From: Terriglobia bacterium | GTDB taxonomy: Bacteria > Acidobacteriota > Terriglobia > Acidiferrales > UBA7541 | DNA: 64,000 nt | Assembly: GCA_963695545.1 (NCBI GenBank) | Contig: OY968796.1 | Span: forward strand, 704,001-768,000 | Reading direction: 5' to 3' | In this document: positions 19,835 to 32,068 of the stretch, piece after piece | How the letters are laid out: each line of letters begins with the position of its first letter | How positions within the stretch are numbered: the stretch's first letter is position 1 | The notes under the pieces: generated by a model | What the model saw: only the letters and a program-made list of their open reading frames with translations | The model's database searches: none | Told to the model about the DNA's origin: nothing | Position numbers and translations under genes: made by a program

Positions 19835-20218
19835 TTGAGCGCAACCGAAGGGATTCGCCGCACGGGGCCGCCGCAAGCAGTTCAGAAGTTACGCGAAAGC
19901 TTTTACATGGTTCAGGTGAATCTCACCGAAGTGCCCAGTGCGGATTGGAAGCGATTATTTTACGAGACGCAGATTACGCCTCCTGCGGATTTCCATCCGC
20001 GGTCGATTGAAATGAGCGGACAGACGCTGCGCTTTCGTTCCGACGGGGCGAGCGTCGAAGCAAAAATCGGATGGGTGGACCGCTGGATCGCGCGAGCCAA
20101 CGAAAAGGAAGCTTCCATGGGGCCGCGCCTCGATGAGGAGCGCAAGCGCCGGCGCGAAGAACACGGTCGCGAGCAGCAGGAACTTTCCGAATGGACCGAG
20201 CGCTGGGCCAAGATTTGA
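19835..20218 (+). CDS. Hypothetical protein (~127 aa) between dnaK and dnaJ
   Basis: AGGAG RBS with an in-frame TTG at 19835; globular N-terminus and charged helical C-terminus; no GrpE motifs. Confidence 0.7.
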   Translation: MSATEGIRRTGPPQAVQKLRESFYMVQVNLTEVPSADWKRLFYETQITPPADFHPRSIEMSGQTLRFRSDGASVEAKIGWVDRWIARANEKEASMGPRLDEERKRRREEHGREQQELSEWTERWAKI

Positions 20219-20259
20219 AATTTTAGAGCAGAAGCCCGCCGTGGCGGGCGAGACACACG

Positions 20260-21399
20260 ATGCCGACAGCAGCCAAACAGGATTACTACGAGACGCTGGG
20301 CGTTTCGCGCAAGGCGACGCAGAAGGAGATCCGCGCCGTCTATCGCAAGCTCGCGCGCAAATATCATCCCGACCTCAATCCAGGCGACAAATCCTCGGAA
20401 GAAAAATTCAAGCAAGTCCAAGAAGCCTACGACGTTCTCTCGGACGCGAAAAAACGCCAGGAGTACGACCAGTTCGGCTTCGAGCCCGCGGGCGGCGGCG
20501 CCGCTGCGCCGGGGGGCCCGCCGGAAGGCGTGCATTTTGATTTCGGCGGTTTCGATTTCGGGTCGGGCCAGGGCGGCGCGAGTTTTCGCGATCTGTTCAG
20601 CCAGGTTTTTCGCGGCGGCGGCGCGGGGGCGCGCGCGGAGATCGATCAGGAGCAGGGGACCGACCTTGAATACCAGGTGGACATCACTTTCTGGGAAGCA
20701 ATGCGCGGCACGGTTCGCAAACTGACGGTCGCGCGTCTGGAGACTTGTCCGACGTGCCACGGGGCGGGAACGATCGGGCAGCCGCAAGTCTGCTCGGTGT
20801 GCGGCGGGACGGGCCAGGTGACGCAGACTTCGGGCAAGATGCGCTTCAATTTGACATGCACGCGCTGCGGCGGCAGCGGGCGCATTCCCACGGTCTGCAA
20901 AACGTGCGGCGGCGACGGACGCGTGCGCCGCGCGGAGACGCTCGACGTGCGCATTCCGGCGGGCGTGTCGACCGGCTCGCGCGTGCGCGTGGCGGGACGC
21001 GGAAACGCAGGCACCGGCGGAGCGCCTGCCGGCGATCTCTACATAATCACCGACGTGCAGCCGCATCCTTATTTCGACCGGCGCGGCGACGATCTCTACA
21101 CCGTCGTGCCCATTACGGTGACCGAAGCTTCGCTGGGCGCGAAGATCGAGGTGCCGACGCTCGATGGCCGCTCGCTGCTGCGCGTTCCGCCGGGCACGAA
21201 TAGCGGACAGAAGCTGCGCATGCGCGAAAAGGGAGTGCCCAGCGTGCGCACGCCTGGAAAACGCGGCGACCTCTACGTAGAGTTGCAAGTGGTGGTGCCG
21301 AAACCGGTGGATGAGAAAGTGCGGAATCTTTTGCGCGAGCTTGCGAAACTTGATACAGAAGATCCGCGGCACGATATTTTCACGCGCGCCGGGGCGTAA
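20260..21399 (+). CDS. dnaJ: Chaperone DnaJ (class A)
   Basis: J-domain DYYETLGV...YHPD, G/F region, four CxxCxGxG repeats, C-terminal domain. Confidence 0.97.
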   Translation: MPTAAKQDYYETLGVSRKATQKEIRAVYRKLARKYHPDLNPGDKSSEEKFKQVQEAYDVLSDAKKRQEYDQFGFEPAGGGAAAPGGPPEGVHFDFGGFDFGSGQGGASFRDLFSQVFRGGGAGARAEIDQEQGTDLEYQVDITFWEAMRGTVRKLTVARLETCPTCHGAGTIGQPQVCSVCGGTGQVTQTSGKMRFNLTCTRCGGSGRIPTVCKTCGGDGRVRRAETLDVRIPAGVSTGSRVRVAGRGNAGTGGAPAGDLYIITDVQPHPYFDRRGDDLYTVVPITVTEASLGAKIEVPTLDGRSLLRVPPGTNSGQKLRMREKGVPSVRTPGKRGDLYVELQVVVPKPVDEKVRNLLRELAKLDTEDPRHDIFTRAGA

Positions 21400-21408
21400 A
21401 GCGCTGCC

Positions 21409-21861
21409 ATGGTTAAGACCGCTCCAACACGAAAGAAGAAAGCGCGCGCCGGGTACATGATTTCGGCGGTCGCGGAACTGTACAAGCTGCATCCGCAAAC
21501 GCTGCGCTTGTACGAGCGCGTCGGCCTGCTCAAGCCTTCGCGGTCGCAGGGGAATACGCGGCTTTACACGGATTCCGATCTCGAGCGGCTCGAAGTGATC
21601 CTCACGCTGACGCGCGAAATGGGCGTGAATCTGGCCGGGATCGAAGTTGTGCTGAATATGCGCGAGAAAATGGCGGAGATGCAGCGACAGATGGAAACAT
21701 TCGCGGCGTTTGTGCAGCAGGAATTGTCGCGCGGGATGCGAACGGTAAATGAACCACAGGCGCGATCGGCGCTGGTGCGCGTTCCTCCGCCGAAAGTGAT
21801 TCGCGTACACAAGACCGTGCCAGAGAAATCTGCCGAAAAGAACCCCAGAGAAATCGTTTGA
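21409..21861 (+). CDS. hspR: MerR-family heat-shock repressor HspR
   Basis: YMISAVAELYKLHPQTLRLYERVGLLKPSRSQGNTRLY...GVNLAGI; follows dnaJ; HAIR upstream of dnaK. Confidence 0.88.
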   Translation: MVKTAPTRKKKARAGYMISAVAELYKLHPQTLRLYERVGLLKPSRSQGNTRLYTDSDLERLEVILTLTREMGVNLAGIEVVLNMREKMAEMQRQMETFAAFVQQELSRGMRTVNEPQARSALVRVPPPKVIRVHKTVPEKSAEKNPREIV

Positions 21862-21913
21862 CGAATCGCACGGAATCTCCGCACATCCAATCGTTTTAGA
21901 AGGAGGGTGCGAG

Positions 21914-22285
21914 ATGCATATTGCGTACCTCGTGTTCACAATTGTTTTCGCGCTTCTGCTGGTGCTTTCCGGCGCCGGAAAAATTCGGCGCGACCCGCGT
22001 CAACTGAAGGTGATCCACGAGATCGTCGGCGTTCCGTTGAAATATTTTCCGTTCCTGGCTGGTTGCGAATTCGCCGGCGCGTTGGGTTTAGTGGCTGGGA
22101 TCGGGTGGCCGGCGCTGGGAATCGCGGCGGGGACCGGTGTTGTTCTCTACTTCGTGGGCGCGGTTGTGTCACACCTGCGGGTTGGCGATTTCAAGGGCAT
22201 CGGAAGCGCGGCGTTCATGCTGGTGCTCGCGGCGATTGCACTTGCGTTGCGCGTCGTGACTTACCGGCCAGGAATTCGGCTCTAG
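21914..22285 (+). CDS. DoxX family membrane protein
   Basis: Four TM helices, SGAGK, EFAGALGL, YFVGAVVSHLR; GGAGG RBS. Confidence 0.8.
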   Translation: MHIAYLVFTIVFALLLVLSGAGKIRRDPRQLKVIHEIVGVPLKYFPFLAGCEFAGALGLVAGIGWPALGIAAGTGVVLYFVGAVVSHLRVGDFKGIGSAAFMLVLAAIALALRVVTYRPGIRL

Positions 22286-24513
22286 ATGTCGATGGCCACG
22301 ACTTCGTGGTCCAGAATCGACGGCACGGTTAGGGTGAGATTTTCTCCGTGGTTCTGAGCGAGCGCGTCTACGTTTCCAACTAAGAGATGAACCTTTTTCG
22401 CGCTGACTCCGGCGGGCAGGCGGATGTTCACGCTTTGCGCGCCGACCGGAATGAAATCCCGGAAGGGCCCTTTCATGGTCATCGGATTCGTCAAATTCAC
22501 GAGGTGAATGACGATTGAATCGGGATTGCGCCACGCGGTCACCTCGATGACGCCCGGGCCGCTAACTTCGACCATCGGGGTTTCGTTCGTGGCCCACTGG
22601 ACTGTGTTGCGAAGTATTTTGAAGTGATCGAGCGCAAGCACTTCCCAGAACGTGCGATCGATATCCCACGGGAAATAGGCGACGCGGCCGGCCGCGGCGC
22701 CTGCGCCATCGCGGAGATAAACACAGGCGATATTTGTTTCTGCCACGCGCGGATAAACTTTCTCCATCGGCAAATCGGGATAGCTCGGGATCAGCGTCAG
22801 CGGGAACGGCGCGAACTGCGCGCGCGGTTCCACTTCGAGGCGCCACACTCCGTTGATGATGCGTGGGGCGTCTTCGAGGCCTGTGAATAATGGATTGCCG
22901 CTCGCGGCAACGTGTTCCAGACGAATGTAAGAATTATGCATCGGGCCTTCGCCGCGCCCCGTCCAACTCACTCCGAACAGATCGGCGAGTCCGAAATCCT
23001 TTCGGCGAACGCCCCATTTATCGTAAAGACTGGTTTCGTAAGTGGCGATCACGCTGCCGCCGCGCGCGACGACGGCGCGGAGCGCGTCGCATTGCGCGTC
23101 GCTGAGCGCGGCGATGTTCGGCAGGATCAGCGTCTTAAATTGGCCGACGTGCGCGGGATCGAGCAAGCGATCGTGCACCATCTCAAACGGAATGCGCGCT
23201 TCGACCAGAGCCTGGTACCAGCCGAGCGTGTAGTTTTCGACTTTCTCTTCAGCTTGATCGCCGCCGTAGAACCATGCCGTTTGCTGTGAATACACGAGTG
23301 CAACGCGCGCGAGCGGAGTTTCGTGGCGCATGTACGGCCCGGCGCTTTCGTGCCAGCGATAAATATCTTCGACAACGGGCAGCCATCGCGGATCGTGAAG
23401 TGTGCCGCTGAATTTGCTGAACCAGGGACGCATGCCGTTGGCGATTCCATCGAGAACCCAAATGCGAATCTCGGGAGCGGTTTGAACGCTGTCCTTCCAG
23501 CGCTCGGGTTCTTCGAGGCCGACGCTGAAAAGGCCGGCGACAGGTTTCGGGCCGAGCGCGGCGCGGTATTCCTTGGCATTTTTTCCGCAGGCCCACGGCG
23601 GCATCAGGCCGTGGCGGGCCTGGCGATCGGCGGCCAGCATGGCGGTGCGCTCGCCGATGGTTTTCATGTCGAGCGAACTCAGCGCGCCGCCGCCTGTGTT
23701 GGGGACAACGCAAGAATCAGGATTGATCTTGCGCACCGCGGCGTCCCATAGGCCCCAAAGATCGAACAGACGCTGCTGACGCCACAGAATGTAGGCGCGA
23801 CGCGCGGGGTCTTGCGGACTCGTGTTGTCCGGACGCGGGAGATCGAAGCCGGAGGCTGCTTTGAAATTTTCTTGGCAATGCACGCAGTAGCACGGCCCGG
23901 AACCGTCCCAGCGATTGATGAAAATTCCGTCGACGCGATAGCGCGACATGATCTCTTCGTGCACTGCCGTCATGAACTCAAAATTGTAAGGACCAAGCCC
24001 GCACGTCACCCACATTTCAGGCGAGGCCCAGTGACGGCGCGGATTGCCCTGGGCGTCGACGGCGATCCAATCGGGATGCGCGGCTTTAACGTCGTCGTAA
24101 GTCGCGTGCGGATCGGTGCGCACAAGCACGGACATATCGAGCTTGCGGCAACCGGAGACGAGATCTCCGAGAACGTCGCGATCACCGAGCCAAGCGCTGC
24201 GATGATGAAATGGAATTTGAGTCGGATAGTACGCGACGCAGCCGCCGCCGCTGAGGCAGGCGGCGTCCGAGTGCGTGCGCTGAAAATAATCAAGCCAGAA
24301 CGCGAGATCGTATTTGCCGGGATCGTCTTCAACGAGCGTGAGCTGTGCCCAGCGCGTCGGTTTATCGATCCACGACGGAGCGGCGGCCTGCAGCGCCGCG
24401 GCGCCGTCGGCGCCGGCAACTGGGCGCGGCGCGAACGGTGCGAGCGCGGCGACGGCGCCGGCGGCGGTGGTGGTTTTCAAAAATTCTCTGCGAGTAAAAG
24501 GTGGCATCGTCAT
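22282..24513 (-). CDS. Tat-exported putative glycoside hydrolase (GHL6-like TIM barrel plus beta-galactosidase trimerisation-like domain)
   Basis: TRREFLK signal; GGGCVAYYPT; HPDW; VDGIFINRW; LILPNIAALSD...GGSVIATYETSL. Confidence 0.7.
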   Translation of the reverse strand: MTMPPFTRREFLKTTTAAGAVAALAPFAPRPVAGADGAAALQAAAPSWIDKPTRWAQLTLVEDDPGKYDLAFWLDYFQRTHSDAACLSGGGCVAYYPTQIPFHHRSAWLGDRDVLGDLVSGCRKLDMSVLVRTDPHATYDDVKAAHPDWIAVDAQGNPRRHWASPEMWVTCGLGPYNFEFMTAVHEEIMSRYRVDGIFINRWDGSGPCYCVHCQENFKAASGFDLPRPDNTSPQDPARRAYILWRQQRLFDLWGLWDAAVRKINPDSCVVPNTGGGALSSLDMKTIGERTAMLAADRQARHGLMPPWACGKNAKEYRAALGPKPVAGLFSVGLEEPERWKDSVQTAPEIRIWVLDGIANGMRPWFSKFSGTLHDPRWLPVVEDIYRWHESAGPYMRHETPLARVALVYSQQTAWFYGGDQAEEKVENYTLGWYQALVEARIPFEMVHDRLLDPAHVGQFKTLILPNIAALSDAQCDALRAVVARGGSVIATYETSLYDKWGVRRKDFGLADLFGVSWTGRGEGPMHNSYIRLEHVAASGNPLFTGLEDAPRIINGVWRLEVEPRAQFAPFPLTLIPSYPDLPMEKVYPRVAETNIACVYLRDGAGAAAGRVAYFPWDIDRTFWEVLALDHFKILRNTVQWATNETPMVEVSGPGVIEVTAWRNPDSIVIHLVNLTNPMTMKGPFRDFIPVGAQSVNIRLPAGVSAKKVHLLVGNVDALAQNHGENLTLTVPSILDHEVVAIDI

Positions 24514-24632
24514 GGGGCCATCCGCGGAAGTGCGTGTGTCGCTCAACTGCTCCGGCGGGAAGAGTATATGACGCAGCAGCGCGCTTTCCACAATCCGCTA
24601 CAGTTTCCACATGCCGGCGCTCAATGCGCGTC

Positions 24633-24661
24633 TTGCGCGGTGCCGCGAGCGCGCCTATGCT
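24633..24661 (+). promoter_or_regulatory. Probable leaderless promoter of the DnaC-like gene
   Basis: TTGCGC-17 nt-TATGCT, then 6 nt to ATG 24668; no RBS. Confidence 0.55.
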
Positions 24662-24667
24662 GTCGAC

Positions 24668-25552
24668 ATGGCCGACGCGAATTGCAAACTGTGCGGCGGA
24701 AGCGGCTGGAAAACGGTGGAGCGCGTGGCAGCCGACGAACCGGCGCAGCGCGTGGCCCTCACCAGCGCTTCGGGCGCGGGAGTGGCGCCGGCGCGATCTC
24801 GCCTGGTGTGGGCGGTGCCGTGCGAATGCGCCGGCAGCGACCGCGCGGCGCGCGTGCTCGAGCGGGCGCGCATTCCGCAGCGCTATGCGCTCTGCGATTT
24901 CGATAATTTTGACACCGATTGGCCCTCGCAATACGACAGCATGCCGGAAGCGACCGCGTGGAATCGCAGCCTTGAGCAGGCGCGGCTGGTCGTCGGAACA
25001 TTTGCGCGAGAATATCCGGCGGGCGATCAAGCGGGCCTGCTGTTGATGGGACCGTGCGGCGTCGGAAAAACGCATTTGGCGGTTGCCGCGCTGCGCCACT
25101 TGGTGCTGCGGGGGCACATCGGCCTTTTCTACGACTACCGCGAACTGCTGAAGGAAATTCAGGGAAGCTACAATTCGGCGAGCCAATCGACGGAGCTCGG
25201 CGTGCTCGAGCCGGTGCTGACCGCCGAAGTGCTGGTGCTCGACGACACCGGCGCCAGCACGCCTTCGCCGTGGGCGCTCGAGACGCTCGGCCACATTTTG
25301 AATACGCGCTACAACCAGCATCGCGTGACCATCCTGACGACCAACTATCCGGATGGACCTGCGCAATTGCCGGCTGCGGCGCGGCGTCGACCGGCCGCCG
25401 GGGCGAGCGCGCCGGCGATGACGGAAGAAACGCTGGGCGACCGGTTAGGGACGCGCATCCGCTCCCGGCTCTATGAAATGTGCCGCACGATCGAAATTAA
25501 CGCTCCGGATTTCCGCCAGGCGAAATTCGCCGCCGGGCGCGCCCGTCCTTAA
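24668..25552 (+). CDS. DnaC/DnaI/IstB-like AAA+ ATPase with Zn-binding N-terminus
   Basis: CKLCGGSGW...PCEC, IPQRY, Walker A GPCGVGKT, Walker B VLVLDD, TILTTN, RIRSRL. Confidence 0.88.
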   Translation: MADANCKLCGGSGWKTVERVAADEPAQRVALTSASGAGVAPARSRLVWAVPCECAGSDRAARVLERARIPQRYALCDFDNFDTDWPSQYDSMPEATAWNRSLEQARLVVGTFAREYPAGDQAGLLLMGPCGVGKTHLAVAALRHLVLRGHIGLFYDYRELLKEIQGSYNSASQSTELGVLEPVLTAEVLVLDDTGASTPSPWALETLGHILNTRYNQHRVTILTTNYPDGPAQLPAAARRRPAAGASAPAMTEETLGDRLGTRIRSRLYEMCRTIEINAPDFRQAKFAAGRARP

Positions 25553-25682
25553 ACGACGCTCGGAGATCCCAGTTTCACGCCGCGCTCGAAAAAATGCCCC
25601 CCGTCGCATTCGCGAATCGAGTATTTGAATCGAATTTGAGTTTTTCATCTGAAACTTCGCGGCTCGAGAGCGCGAAGCGCAT

Positions 25683-25710
25683 TTGACTCGCGCGACCGCT
25701 GATGTAAACT
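25683..25710 (+). promoter_or_regulatory. Candidate sigma70 promoter of the act/cox operon
   Basis: TTGACT-16 nt-TAAACT about 100 nt upstream of actA. Confidence 0.4.
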
Positions 25711-25813
25711 TTGTGGGCTCGCCTGATGACCCGGGGGATCGGCGCGACGCTACCAGCACTTCGCCACAGGTTCGGGACTGGAGTTAACGCCCAAGTACGA
25801 ACGGAAAATCTGA

Positions 25814-26473
25814 ATGGCACAGATTTTTCACCGCAGCACGAATACCATATCGCGCCTCACGATCTACTTGAGTCTTGTACTTGCAGGCGTGCTCTTCACC
25901 GTGGGCTCGAGCATCGAGCGCTCGGGCTACGTTACGTCCGCGAACGTGGTCATCGAACAGCCCATTCCCTTCAGTCACAAGCATCACGTCGCGGACGACG
26001 GCATCGATTGCCGGTATTGCCACACCGGAGTTGAAACCTCTTCGTTTGCCGGAATTCCGCCCACCAAGACCTGCATGAATTGCCATTCGCTGCTGTTTAA
26101 CGACAGCCCTTTTCTCGAGCCGGTACGCGAAAGCTATCGCACCGGAACGCCGATCCAATGGAATCGCGTGCACCAGCTCGATCAGTTCGCTTACTTCGAT
26201 CACAGCATTCACATCGCGAAGGGCATCGGTTGTTTCACCTGCCACGGCGCCGTGGATCAGATGCCGCTGGTGCGCCAGGTGGCTTCGCTGCAGATGGAAT
26301 GGTGCATCGACTGCCATCGCCAGCCGGAGAAATATCTACGGCCGAAAGATCAGGTGTTCAATATGTCGTACAAGGCCCCTTCAGATCAGATCGCGCTGGG
26401 GTTGCAGCTAAAGCAGGAATATCACATTCGCGATGCACGGGATTTGACGAGCTGCTCGACGTGCCACCGGTGA
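25814..26473 (+). CDS. actA: Alternative complex III pentaheme cytochrome c subunit
   Basis: MAQIF start, QPIPFSHKHH, five CxxCH motifs (CRYCH, CMNCH, CFTCH, CIDCH, CSTCH). Confidence 0.95.
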   Translation: MAQIFHRSTNTISRLTIYLSLVLAGVLFTVGSSIERSGYVTSANVVIEQPIPFSHKHHVADDGIDCRYCHTGVETSSFAGIPPTKTCMNCHSLLFNDSPFLEPVRESYRTGTPIQWNRVHQLDQFAYFDHSIHIAKGIGCFTCHGAVDQMPLVRQVASLQMEWCIDCHRQPEKYLRPKDQVFNMSYKAPSDQIALGLQLKQEYHIRDARDLTSCSTCHR

Positions 26474-26477
26474 AACC

Positions 26478-29550
<3,073 letters not shown>

Positions 29551-29561
<11 letters not shown>

Positions 29562-30951
29562 GACGCCCGACACGCAGGGCGCCGAAGAATCCCCGGTTCG
29601 CCGGCGCTCGCCGGTGATCCAGCCGGGCTACACGTACGCGTCGGTCACGGACAAGATCGGTTCGATCGTTCTGACGCAGCGATTCGGCGTCGGCTGGTGG
29701 GCGGGATTCCTGTTTACCTTCGCGCTGGTGATGATGCTGATGTACGCCGTCACATATCTGATCGCGAAAGGTGTCGGCATCTGGGGCATCAACATCCCTG
29801 TCGGCTGGGGATTCGCGATCGTGAATTTTGTGTGGTGGATCGGCATCGGCCACGCCGGAACGCTGATCTCCGCCGTGCTGTTGTTGCTGAACCAGAGTTG
29901 GCGCACGTCAATCAACCGCTTCGCCGAGGCCATGACGCTTTTCGCCGTGGCCTGCGCGGGGATGTTCCCGCTGCTGCATATGGGGCGCCCGTGGTTCGGA
30001 TATTGGCTGCTGCCCTATCCCAACGTGATGGGCGTTTGGCCGCAGTTCCGCAGCCCGCTGGTGTGGGACGTTTTTGCGGTTTCGACCTACGGAATAGTTT
30101 CGCTGATTTTCTGGTTCATCGGATTGGTTCCGGACCTTGCGACGCTGCGCGATCGCGCCACCAAGCGCGCGCACAAAATCGTCTACGGCATTCTGGCGAT
30201 GGGCTGGCGCGGGTCGGCAACTCACTGGTACCGCTACGAGACGGCCTACCTGCTGCTTGCTGGTCTCGCGACGCCACTGGTGGTTTCGGTGCACTCGGTG
30301 GTGAGCTTCGATTTCTCTGTGGCGATTCTTCCCGGCTGGCACACCACAATTTTCCCGCCTTACTTTGTGGCCGGCGCCATCTACTCGGGTTTCGCTATGG
30401 TGCTCACGCTCGCAATTCCTCTGCGCGCCGCGTATCACCTGGAAGACTTCATCACCATGCGTCACCTTGAGAACATGGCCATGGTGATGTTGAGCACCGG
30501 GCTGATCGTGGCCTACGGCTACGTGTTCGAGTTTTTCACGTCCTGGTACAGCGATAACCCATACGAGATGTTCGTCGCCGTCAATCGCGCGTTCGGGCCT
30601 TACAGACATTGGTACTGGCTATTGATCTTCTGCAACATCCTGGCGCCGCAACTGCTTTGGTTTTCACGCTTCCGGCGAAATGTGGTCGCTCTGTTCATCA
30701 TGGCGCTGGTCATCAACGTAGGCATGTGGCTTGAGCGATTCATCATCGTGGTCACCAGCCTGCACCGCGACTATCTGCCGTCGTCCTGGGGCATGTACTC
30801 GCCCACGCGATGGGACTGGGCCGTTTTCATAGGCACGATAGGGCTGTTTGTCATGCTGGTGTTTTTGTTCATTCGGTTCCTGCCGATGATTTCCATCTTC
30901 GAAATGCGCGAGCTGGTGGACGAAACCAGCTCGAAGCCGGCGGGTGACTGA
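29551..30951 (+). CDS. actC: Alternative complex III NrfD/PsrC-type membrane subunit
   Basis: WWIGIGHAGTLISA, WRTSINRFAEAMT, SPLVWDVFAVSTY, SVHSVVSFDF, MWLERF. Confidence 0.96.
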
Positions 30952-31493
30952 TGGCGCGACGCCCGCGCATTTACGGATTGCTGGCCGAATTCGAACAGCC
31001 GGAGCAACTTCTGGCCGCGGCCCATCGCGCCCGGGAAGCCGGCTACCGGCGCATGGACGCTTACACGCCGTTCCCGGTTGAAGGACTCGCCGAAGCTCTG
31101 GGCCGCCACCACACGTTCGTGCCGCTGATCACGCTGATTGGGGGAATCGCGGGCGGCTCGGGTGGATTCGCGCTGCAGTATTGGGTTTCGAAGATCGCGT
31201 ACCCGATCAACGTCGGCGGGCGGCCGTTCAACAGCTGGCCGGCGTTCATTCCCGTGACCTTCGAGATGACGATCCTGGGCGCGGCACTCTCCGCGGTGCT
31301 GGGCATGCTCGCGCTCAATGGCCTGCCCATGCCCTACCATCCGTTGTTCAACGAGCCGCGTTTCGCTCTGGCCTCGCGCGATCGCTTCTTCCTGTGCGTC
31401 GAGGCGCGCGATCGCCGCTTCGATCTCGCCGAAACGCGCCGGCTGCTCGAGACTTTGACGCCGCGCGCTGTGATGGAGGTCGACAACCTGTGA
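30951..31493 (+). CDS. actD: Alternative complex III subunit D (DUF3341)
   Basis: AEFE.PEQLL, DAYTPFPVEGL, YPINVGGRP, PVTFEMTIL. Confidence 0.93.
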   Translation: MARRPRIYGLLAEFEQPEQLLAAAHRAREAGYRRMDAYTPFPVEGLAEALGRHHTFVPLITLIGGIAGGSGGFALQYWVSKIAYPINVGGRPFNSWPAFIPVTFEMTILGAALSAVLGMLALNGLPMPYHPLFNEPRFALASRDRFFLCVEARDRRFDLAETRRLLETLTPRAVMEVDNL

Positions 31494-32068
31494 ACCTGCG
31501 CCGCCTCCACGTTCGGTTGCTAGGCACCATGGCTGCGCTTGCGGCGCTCGCGGGATGCCAGCAGCAGATGGCCATCCAGCCGCGCTATCAGCCGTTGTCC
31601 GCGAGCGATTATTTTGCCGACGGCCATTCCGCGCGCCAACCGGTGGATGGCACGCTGGCGCAAGGCCGCGCCGAACTCGACTACCTCTACGTCGCGAAGG
31701 ACGCCACGGCGTTCCCGCTGCCGCTCACCGCTGATCTCGTCGCGCGCGGGCAGCAGCGTTATAACATTTTCTGCGCGCCGTGCCACGGGCTGACCGGCGA
31801 CGGCAATGGCTTCATCACCACGCGCGGCTTCCGGCGCCCGCCGACATTTCACAGCGACCGCTTGCGCGCCGCGCCGGTCGGACATTTCTTCGACGTGATC
31901 ACCAACGGATTCGGCGCCATGTACGATTACTCCGCGCAGATTCCGCCGCGCGATCGCTGGGCCATCATCGCCTATATCCGCGCGCTGCAGTTGAGCCAGA
32001 ACGTTCCCGCCGCGCAGCTCACGCCGGATCAGCGTGCAAAACTCAGCGAGGGAGGCGCAGCGCAATGA
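31490..32068 (+). CDS. actE: Alternative complex III monoheme cytochrome c lipoprotein
   Basis: GTG start overlapping the actD stop; LAGC lipobox; YNIFCAPCHG; ITNGFGAM; DRWAIIAYIRALQ. Confidence 0.93.
   Translation: MNLRRLHVRLLGTMAALAALAGCQQQMAIQPRYQPLSASDYFADGHSARQPVDGTLAQGRAELDYLYVAKDATAFPLPLTADLVARGQQRYNIFCAPCHGLTGDGNGFITTRGFRRPPTFHSDRLRAAPVGHFFDVITNGFGAMYDYSAQIPPRDRWAIIAYIRALQLSQNVPAAQLTPDQRAKLSEGGAAQ

Noticed and set aside
19960..21939. 659-aa - strand ORF
   Set aside because: Antisense shadow of dnaJ/hspR; typical of GC-rich codon bias.
24668..25552. IS21 element or prophage inferred from the IstB-like ATPase
   Set aside because: No transposase, terminal inverted repeats, integrase or phage genes nearby.
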